From Botryllus schlosseri (taxonomy: Eukaryota): 64,000 nucleotides of DNA. Each line of letters begins with the position of its first letter. Position 1 is the first letter of the stretch. Shown piece after piece: positions 25,253 to 33,442 of this stretch. The position numbers and the translations under genes are program-made. The notes beneath the pieces are model-generated. The model was given only the letters and a program-made list of their open reading frames with translations, had not been told where the DNA came from and did not search any database. The DNA is taken from the NCBI GenBank assembly GCA_051294905.1, contig CM119384.1, positions 7,192,001 through 7,256,000 of the forward strand, in the 5' to 3' direction.

Positions 25253-25527
25253 TCATTTCAATATGAATATACTATTTAATTGTATTTCTCAACCAAATAT
25301 GAGCATTGTAAATAGTAGACTAGTTACTTTGATTCCACCAACTTAATCTTAACACAGAAAACTGCTGGGCTCTTTGACGCCGGTTTTGTATTTTTATCAC
25401 TGCTTGCCTAGGCTATGGTTTCACGGGAATACCTTCATAATGTCAGTGACGTAACTATAATTATTCACGATGGTTCGAAGTCGCTAGAGCAATTATGTAA
25501 ATAGCACGAGCAGAAAGTCTAGCGTAG

Positions 25528-25541
25528 TTTCGCGGCGCAAA
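25528..25541. promoter_or_regulatory. E2F-like site in the probable TERT promoter region
   Basis: TTTCGCGGCGCAAA resembles overlapping E2F sites on both strands and is followed by a GTAAGT donor at about 25547. Motif match only. Confidence 0.3.
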
Positions 25542-26175
25542 GCTTAGTAAGTGTAATGCCGGATTACTTCTGAGTTGGGTAGGACTGCAGTTAGCAATGA
25601 CCACGTTCTTATTTTATTCTGCAAGAACAGTTTGTGACTCTGTGTGCATAGCAACTGTAAATTGCTATGGTGCGTGTGCACGGCGTATACTTCACTCTTC
25701 AGTGTAAACTTTGCTAGTCGAGTAATGTTGAATATTGCCATTGGGATTGGTCGATTGGATGGATTTTTTTTTATTAGGGAAGGCATGAGCCCTGGACCTA
25801 CAGCGTACCCAAAATAAACTACTTGTAGTTGTAGTGATCTTATTTACAGATGATTTTAATGGCGTGGTAGCACAAGACGGGTCAACAGTAACGGGAAACA
25901 CATACGGTAACCATTATACACTCGGCCAAAACAGTGACAGCCTGACACTGACAGGATGACTTCTCCATCAGGACTGTCAAATAAATATTTGAATTAAAGT
26001 TATTTTTACCCATCTTTGAATTGATGACTTTAATGATACTGTTCAAAAAACTGAGGCACTTCTTCGCTTTACTTCACAACCATACACCGACAAGTGTTCC
26101 CCATGAATTGATTCCAAGAATCAGCGTGCATGGGCCAGAATCGGAATGATGAATTTGAACTGCATTGTCCACTAA

Positions 26176-26366
26176 CCCATTTTTTGTTGCTTGCTTTTTT
26201 ATACTATCTTCTTTTACTTTTCATTCAGTATGTGTACCTCCTCTTTACATCGCCTAGGCCAAGGTGTGTGTCTGATTCCATAGACTACTCCAAGTCGCTT
26301 GGACACCTTCCTATCTTTTCATTGTATCACATTTTTGTGGTGTATTGAACTGATAAAAATTGCTAA
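26176..26366 (+). repeat. SINE-like / LINE-tail repeat, partial copy
   Basis: Reverse complement of 26727-26915; same family as the copies at 30301, 58091 and 58715. Confidence 0.75.
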
Positions 26367-26698
26367 CTCCTATTCTCTTAGGAAGTATTGTAATACAAAT
26401 TTATGGCATTTTATTAAACTGTTGATTACCATGTGTGAGACCATCACAACGGTATAGGGTTACCATATTATGAGGTCCCAAAAAGAGAACACTCTTCACA
26501 TGTTACATGACTTTTAGATGCGGCCCAGAACAATTAATTCGACTCCCAAAAGACTCGCACCCGCATAAAATCGGTTGTCGACCTTTTTTTCTGTTTCTGT
26601 TTTTTGTCAATCTAGATTTCGTATGGCAACCTTACTGCAGAAAATGTACCGAGATTCCGATTGTGAACTGTTGCATGTCAATAATGCTGGCAAGATGT

Positions 26699-26990
26699 CA
26701 TCATCATCATCATCATCATTGGTTTATTAGCAATTTTTATCAGTTCAATACACCACAAAAATGCGATACAATGAAAAGATAGGAAGGTGTCGAAGCGACT
26801 TCGAGTAGTCTGTGGAATCGAACACCCACTTTGGCCTAGGAGATGTGAAGAGGAGGCATGCACACTGAATTAAAAGTAAAAGAAGATAGTATAGAAAAAA
26901 GTAAGTGACAAGAAATGGCATGTCATGGATGGTGAGATCGATGGACCTGGCCGTGCTCCGGCAATCTTGAGGATTGGATGGGTAGAGTAC
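26699..26990 (-). repeat. SINE-like repeat, about 290 bp, with AATAAA and a (TGA)n tail
   Basis: Minus strand ends ...TTGCTAATAAACCAATGATGATGATG; similar along its length to 30301-30580. Confidence 0.78.
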
Positions 26991-26996
26991 ATACGG

Positions 26997-27537
26997 CAGG
27001 GTTGTAACCAAGTCACAAGGTTCTGAGTCACAAGTCAATCTCATTTTTATAGTTTTGACTCGAGTCAAGTCATTTTTAATTCACCACCGAGTCCAAGTCA
27101 CGGAGTTGATTCCGAGTCAGTGTTTTGACTCGAGTCCGAGTCCAAGTCATTGTGTTGACTGCTCTGTTTCCAGTTAAAGTCTTGTTAAACCCACTTTTTA
27201 TAACTCTGTTTGGTGATATCGAATGGTTCAGATTTATAATATGCTAATTTTCCTCACTTTTCACCGTTTCTGGTAGCATTTTAGGGTATTAGTACTGATA
27301 GACGAAATAATTATAGTGTGATAACTTTGCTATTCGAAATGTCAATGAAATGCCTGTCTTGGTAGATGCAGTCTCGAGTCGTATGACTTGGTTCGAGTCA
27401 TGCGCAATGACTCGAGTACAGGTCGAGTCAATACACAAACTGACTCGAGTCGAGGTCATTTTTCATTTTTTAGAAGATGACTCAAGACCAAAAATCGCAA
27501 CTCGAATCGAGTCATGACTCGAGTCATTACAATCCCG
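26997..27537. mobile_element. hAT-type MITE, GACTCGAGTC family, just upstream of the TERT coding exon
   Basis: TIR CAGGGTTGTAA / TTACAATCCCG; perfect 8-bp TSD ACATACGG (26989-26996, 27538-27545). Confidence 0.88.
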
Positions 27538-27618
27538 ACATACGGTGATTTTATGGTTAACGCTGGATTAGCTAATAATTATATTCCGTTTCGGTTACAG
27601 CTACAGGGTCTGTTTATC

Positions 27619-29835
27619 ATGCTGCAAATTCACAATTTTCTTTATAACTATGAGGATAAAGAACAATGGAATAAATTTTTCAAACCGAATAATATGCTCT
27701 GTGACCTTCAACTACCAAACAAATCCAATGCACGGAAAATGGTGAATTACATGTTTTTACCCAACACTGCTACAAAATCCAAAGAACAACCTCTACGCCG
27801 TGATGTTAAGAGTTTGAAGACGAGGCTTCCTCACCACCTACTAGGCTTTGTTGATGTCACATATCATATGTTGAATTGGTTGAAGATTGGATTGTTCAGG
27901 ACTCGGCTGAATCAAATCTGCGGTATCCCGGAACTGCGACCCGGAGACGAGATGCAGGAACTTGTGCGAGACCATACTCCTCCATCGAAAGTATATCGAT
28001 TTCTGAAGTCCGTAAGCTGTCTGTTGCTTCCAAAGAATCTATGGGGCGTTGAAGAAAATGAACGTTTATTTAACAAACTCATCTCTAAAGTTGTCAAGGC
28101 AAGAAAATATGACAAAATATACGTATATAGTATTATCAAAAATTTGGATTTATCCGCAATCAAAGTTTTAAAAGGTAGAGATAAGCAAAGCTTGATGCAA
28201 ACATTTTTAATGTGGTACATGGAAAACTTCTTATTTGAAGTTATAAGGAGATTTTTCTATGTTACAGAACATGGCGCTTTCAAGAACCGGTTGTTGTATT
28301 ACAGAGCTAGTGTGTGGAAAAAAATTGTTCAACGGACTATAAATCAACAGATGTCAAATGGCTTCTGGACCAAGTTAACAACGCTTGATGGGAAACATTT
28401 CTATTCAACATTAAACCATGTTGCTCTACCAGAAGAGTACTCGTTGTTTGATGCCCGTATTATCCCAAAAAAGACTGGATCAAGGATCATTCTTCGCAAT
28501 GCAATCGAGTTTGACAAGTGTACATCACAAGATCAATCTATCAACGACAGAGACTTACTGAAGCTGCTCACTACATTGTGGAGACTGCACCCTGACCTTA
28601 GAGCCTCTGGTGGATTCGGTCTGAAATCTATTCACAGCAGATGGAAAGATTTTCTGGGAGGTCTGCAAACTAGAAAATTGATCTACTTTGCAAAGGTTGA
28701 TATAAAACATTGCTTTGATTCGATTCCACACAAAAAACTCGTGGAAGTTCTTGAAATTCTCCTTAAAAATCATCCCCACTTCAGAATCCCGCTTTCAAAT
28801 TCGGTGAGATCTGCCTTTGGTACGCGGGATGTGTTGAAGGTCTTGAAGAAATCATTGAGTTGCTTTGTAATCAGATTGAAAAGCAAGTATTTTTTGAAAT
28901 CGACGGGCATACCACAAGGATGGAGACTGGCTTCGATGCTATGTAACTTGTTCTATGCCCATTTTGAGAATTCAGAACTACCCCATCTCGTGAGCAATTG
29001 CGATGGGGATGGCCATCATCACATTTTGATGAGAGTACTTGATGACTTTATGTTAGCAACTACTAACCTTGATGAAGCAGTGAAGTTTGTGAAAGATATG
29101 CATACGGGCTATGCTGATTATGGCATTGAAATCAATTCGTTCAAAACAATGACAAATTTTCCTTTTTCCTCCAGTTTTCAACATAGCGATCGCATCAAAG
29201 TGATCGGGCAGCATGAAGCATTTCCATGGTTTGGTCATTTATTTTTGCCTGCTAATAACCAATCTCACACATCGTCGTTCATTGGTTATGGAATAGGCAT
29301 TGAATTGGATCGCTATGGCCAATTGGAAAGCATGCGAGATTGTATTAGTATAAAAGGCAGCACTTCCCTCCCATCAAATATTGAGAGGACGATGGCTTCG
29401 ACTATAAAATTCCGCCTGTCCAAATTTTGTGTTGATCGTTTCATCAACTCGTGCTCCAGGATACATAGAAATGCTTTTGAATTATCATACTTGATCACAC
29501 TGCAGTGGATGTCGCGCAACTTTGGTGCGGATTGTAATTTGTCAATGCCAAAAGTCGCTGCTTTGAAACGTCTTCTAATACATCATGTTGCAGCACCTTT
29601 CCAAAAAAACAAAAGGAATGTGTACAATATGGGCATCAAATATGTTGTCCTGAAGGCGGGATTCAAAGCTTTGAATAGGTTCAAGTCTATCATTGGTAGG
29701 AACGTTTTGAAACTAGAAATGATGCAAATGAATGTGCTGCTACGCAAAAGCTATTCAACCAGGACAAAGCTAAGAATGCTGAAAAGAGTCACTGGATTCC
29801 GCCCTCTCTCTTTATGTAAAGTGAAGTTTACATGA
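27619..29835 (+). CDS. TERT: Telomerase reverse transcriptase, single coding exon, 738 aa from the first ATG after the splice acceptor
   Basis: TFLY-like NFLYNYEDKEQ, CP (LNQICG), QFP (HTPPSKVYRFL...LWG..N), T motif FFYVTE...KNRLLYYR..VW, motif 1/2 RIIPKKTGSRII, A KVDIKHCFDSIP, B' GIPQG, C RVLDDFM, D YGIEINSFKT, E FPWFG, plus a CTE. The ORF-track ATG at 27514 lies inside a MITE. Confidence 0.95.
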   Translation: MLQIHNFLYNYEDKEQWNKFFKPNNMLCDLQLPNKSNARKMVNYMFLPNTATKSKEQPLRRDVKSLKTRLPHHLLGFVDVTYHMLNWLKIGLFRTRLNQICGIPELRPGDEMQELVRDHTPPSKVYRFLKSVSCLLLPKNLWGVEENERLFNKLISKVVKARKYDKIYVYSIIKNLDLSAIKVLKGRDKQSLMQTFLMWYMENFLFEVIRRFFYVTEHGAFKNRLLYYRASVWKKIVQRTINQQMSNGFWTKLTTLDGKHFYSTLNHVALPEEYSLFDARIIPKKTGSRIILRNAIEFDKCTSQDQSINDRDLLKLLTTLWRLHPDLRASGGFGLKSIHSRWKDFLGGLQTRKLIYFAKVDIKHCFDSIPHKKLVEVLEILLKNHPHFRIPLSNSVRSAFGTRDVLKVLKKSLSCFVIRLKSKYFLKSTGIPQGWRLASMLCNLFYAHFENSELPHLVSNCDGDGHHHILMRVLDDFMLATTNLDEAVKFVKDMHTGYADYGIEINSFKTMTNFPFSSSFQHSDRIKVIGQHEAFPWFGHLFLPANNQSHTSSFIGYGIGIELDRYGQLESMRDCISIKGSTSLPSNIERTMASTIKFRLSKFCVDRFINSCSRIHRNAFELSYLITLQWMSRNFGADCNLSMPKVAALKRLLIHHVAAPFQKNKRNVYNMGIKYVVLKAGFKALNRFKSIIGRNVLKLEMMQMNVLLRKSYSTRTKLRMLKRVTGFRPLSLCKVKFT

Positions 29836-30229
29836 ATTTTTGGAGGTAAATGTATTGCCAAAAATAAATGGTTTATGCAATGGTGTTTCTCTGCTGTCAA
29901 AAGTTGAAATTGGGTTTTACATATTTAGATGTGAGAATATTAGACGCGAGTAGAGTCTATGACACATTATGTAGTGTGGTTTGTTTGAGATGATATTGAG
30001 ACTGGTATGGGGATAGTTTAGCATAGTGGTTCACAACCTGGGGGGGGGGCGAGGAAGCGGTCAACTGAAAAAAAATTCGCGCTATGGGCGATTTACCTTA
30101 AGTTCACGAGTGTTTATATATAGACCGAAGTACATATTTTTTAATTCTCTCATTAACAGTCATAACCTATCATGCCATCAAACAATCTGTTGGGGTTGCT
30201 AGCATCCCGGTTGGATTTTGTGATATTAC

Positions 30230-30251
30230 CATAGCCTTTATAAAGGCTCTG
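30230..30251. repeat. 22-bp palindrome flanked by a 7-bp direct repeat
   Basis: CATAGCCTTTATAAAGGCTCTG between ATATTAC and ATATGAC. Confidence 0.7.
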
Positions 30252-30300
30252 ATATGACGATAAGAGGGGCGCGAAATTTTTCACTATCATAAAGGGGGAC

Positions 30301-30580
30301 ATCATTGTCATCATTGGTTTATTAGCAATTTTATCAGTTCAATACACCACAAAAATGCGATACAATGAAAAGACAGGAAGATGTCGAAGCGACAAGGAGT
30401 AGTCTATGGAATCTGACACCCACCTTGGCCTAGGCGATGTAAAGAGGAGGCATGCACACTGAATGAAAGTAAAGAAGATAGTATAGAAGAAAAATGCGAC
30501 AAGAAATAGGGCGGCATGTCATGGGAAGCGAGATCGATAGGTCAGTCGTGGTCCGGTAATCTTGAGGATGGACTGTAGAC
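30301..30580 (-). repeat. SINE-like repeat, near full-length copy
   Basis: Aligns along its length with 26699-26990. Confidence 0.78.
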
Positions 30581-31222
30581 ATGTCTGAAAACAGGTTGAG
30601 AACCGCTGGTTTAGCACTTGAGTCGTATCTTATGAATATCCCAGATGCGCAGAAAGGTATTTATACGTATTTTTCATAACAAGAAACCTTGGATAGAATG
30701 GCGTTAGGTATGACATCTAGTGGAGGTTGAAACACCATCTCGCGTCGTCGCTTGCCGTATCGGAGGCGGAGCTTCAGGTCGCAGCTGTCCATCAACGGTA
30801 GCCATCAAACTAAACCAGAGCGTTCCGACTATCGTAATGCACACTTCCGACGAAATCGGGCTTGGTAGATACGTAGATTGAGCAATAAACGTTGTTATAA
30901 TGACTATTCCGATACTACATTACGTCTGTTACGTTTAATTACACTTGAATTCCAAAAGCGATATGTGAATTTAGAATGGATTTCCCATTACTGGACTACT
31001 CTGGCGCGCTACTGGAAAATAGTTGGTTATCGTCATCGACAGGCAAGTTTAGAGTTGCGATTCTTCAGTGTAGTGTATGCTCATTGCCCATGGAGAATAT
31101 TGAAGTCTATGATATACAGGCATTAGCTCATTAGAATCGTTCTTAGCTCTGCAGTCTGCAGCTGCTTGCCGCCCCAGTCCGTTCGACTCCGTTGCAGGTA
31201 ACAGTGTTTGGAATCGGTGGCA

Positions 31223-31640
31223 GGTGCTCACCTGACGGCTTGCCGGGTGCCTTGCTCACTGCTCACAATGTTCCTCATGAATTGGCGCCCCGTGCTCACC
31301 TGACAGGGAGGCTCTTGCTCACTGCTCACTGCTTGTCTTACCCACGCTATTCTCTCTATAGTTTTTCTTGAAGATCACTCTCGACAAAAAGTGATAGGGA
31401 GGATTTTCCTGCGAGTAAATCACTATTGTGCGGGTGGCCTATGTATTTCTTATTGGCAATGGTGATTTTCTCGCAGGAAAATCCTCGGTGTCTCACAGGG
31501 AACGAGATTGTCTCACAGCAGAATCACCTGTGTCGAGATAGTCTCACAGCAAAATCGTCAGTGTCTCACAGGTAACGAGATTGTCTCACACCAAAATTGC
31601 CTGTGCTCACAGAGGAATCTTCAATGCTCCCCTGATATAT
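31223..31640. repeat. Short-motif repeat cluster, probably DNA-transposon subterminal sequence
   Basis: GCTCAC repeats, a 17-bp inverted repeat GAGGATTTTCCTGCGAG / CTCGCAGGAAAATCCTC, and about six TGTCTCACAG units. No TSD found. Confidence 0.4.
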
Positions 31641-32232
31641 CAGGCAAAACGTACCGAGATTCCAATCAGGCGGCGCCGGGTGAACACAATTGAAAGCCTC
31701 TGTTGTTATGGAATTGAAAACAAATACAAAGAGTTTCATGAATTTAGTATTGATCATCATGACAACCATTTTTTCATTTGGTATCTCAATATGCTTATTT
31801 CGTATGGACTTTGCGTCCCGTGCTTCAGTAAGTTCCAGCAAGTACCTTACTGTCATACAGAAGATAATCACATCTCATGCAATTAACTCTGGAGTAGGCA
31901 CTGAGATTATACAAGGTTGCATCGACAAAATATGCATATATCATATGCTGACGAATCAATTGCAAAAGTCATTTACAATTTGAGTATTTGTCAACTTACA
32001 CTACCAATCAAATATAATTTATTCTTCGCTGCAGGACATCGCTGAAATTTTGCTATATATATACATATATACCGGTATATATTTTATATGCCTATAGACT
32101 AGCGTACCATTTTGATGCCCGCTGTTATCTGTGTTAAGGTTAACGGTATGGATAGAATGGGTTGGTTATTGCTGCCTTTTTCATGCTGTGTAAGTGACAT
32201 TTCATACAATAGATAGCTGTGTGTATATATAG

Positions 32233-33181
32233 TAGGGATGGTGTGAACGTTCACGTTCTGTGTGTGAACCTCAGAGATTTAGAGGCTCACGTTCACAAAT
32301 GAACGTTGGTAGGTTCTGCAGCTGTGAACCTTATCCAATATTACAATTTTTCACGTCATTATAATATCTTTGGTTGAATAGTATATTCATATTAAAATGA
32401 ACCCGAATATTTTCGGCTGACACTCGTCAGGGGTAATCGTAACACAAAATATGACGTTACCAGCACGAAATGTCGAATACGAGAGCGTTCAATGTACTAT
32501 TTTTAGATGATACACGAACTCTTTTTGTTGACACAGCCTTGGCTGGTGTATTTTGATAATATCTTTGGTTGGAACTCTTTGCATTTCAACTTCGGACCAC
32601 TCTATGCATGGTGCTGGCACAGCATAAAAAAATTAACACTAAACGAGTACGCACCTTGCCAATCTCAAATACTTTACTTGCTTTGTTACAAAATCTTGCT
32701 CAAAATATTCAGCTTTCCGTTTGTGCAGAATATAGTGACTCTCTGCTGTGAGTTTGACCCGCAATCACACAACATCAAGAACGAAATACGCTACATGTAG
32801 GTAGTCAGCGAATGATGCTTATTTAATCAATCAATCAATGAAATTGATGTAAAGAATGCATATAGTTGTATAATGTGAAAAAACTAGCAGGTGTAGCCTA
32901 TACGGGATCCATATTGATTTGAAATGTTTATTGTATCATAAAAACCAAATCCGCGATTGAGGTGTTGGCTACTGTATAACTTGTTTATAGGGTAATATCT
33001 GTAAGAAGCATAGAAACCTGTTTTAGACTCTGCTCAATATCAATGTGGCAATAGGCAGAAGACGTAAGCTTGTATTTTCTTGCAAGTCCTCGTCGAAATT
33101 GTTGGCAAACGATGTAGTAAAAAAAATGTAGCGTGGGAATTCACACGAGCCTGAACCTTTCAGGGGTTCGCACCATCCCTA
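32233..33181. mobile_element. hAT-type MITE (GTGAAC family) with a nested PLE 3' end
   Basis: TIR TAGGGATGGTG / CACCATCCCTA; inverted homologue of 47812-48790. Confidence 0.8.
32380..32570 (-). mobile_element. Penelope-like 3' end fragment with an intact hammerhead at 32401-32434
   Basis: Reverse complement of about 25040-25275 with an internal deletion; hammerhead core identical to 25219-25252. Confidence 0.8.
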
Positions 33182-33442
33182 GTATATACCACACAAAAGT
33201 TGGTCCTGTCCCGTGATAAATGTCTGTCTGGGAATTCTTTCACCTTCACTAAATTACAGACTCTTTGAACTTCTTAAAGTTTCGAATAAAAGTTTGTTTT
33301 AGGGAATGTCACATTCTTTCATCAATTGAATTACTTCTTTTCATGACTTTTCAAGAGCTGACTGGATATTGACTGCACCACTTTCATCCAGCAATAACAG
33401 TCTTACTATATTTTGCATTTATGCTTTCTGTTACAGCTTAGT

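Larger units (their letters stand above)
17706..25285 (+). mobile_element. 5'-truncated Penelope-like retroelement fragment (about 0.7 kb) interrupted by a P-type transposon
   Basis: Joining 17778-17869 to 24767-25117 restores FTT..LLPSTRKDVLPALQQSNVVYEYRCHCDCGYVGRTSRRLQDRINQH...SAIGKHL...C...F.I...LE..FI....P.L, the PLE GIY-YIG domain. The ends are a perfect 70-bp inverted repeat (17706-17775 / 25216-25285). Confidence 0.88.
30024..30608. mobile_element. hAT-type MITE containing a nested SINE-like copy and a 22-bp palindrome
   Basis: TIR TAGTGGTTCACAACCTG / CAGGTTGAGAACCGCTG; perfect 8-bp TSD GTTTAGCA. Confidence 0.85.

Noticed and set aside
25780-26172. Small ORFs and a possible exon (DDFNGVVAQDG...; AWARIGMMNL) as TERT TEN exons
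   Set aside because: No in-phase path to the TERT exon, and the motif spacing does not match the TEN/GQ consensus.
27514-27618. ORF-track start of TERT
   Set aside because: The ATG is inside a MITE and the stretch contains a branch/acceptor region; not used as the annotated start.
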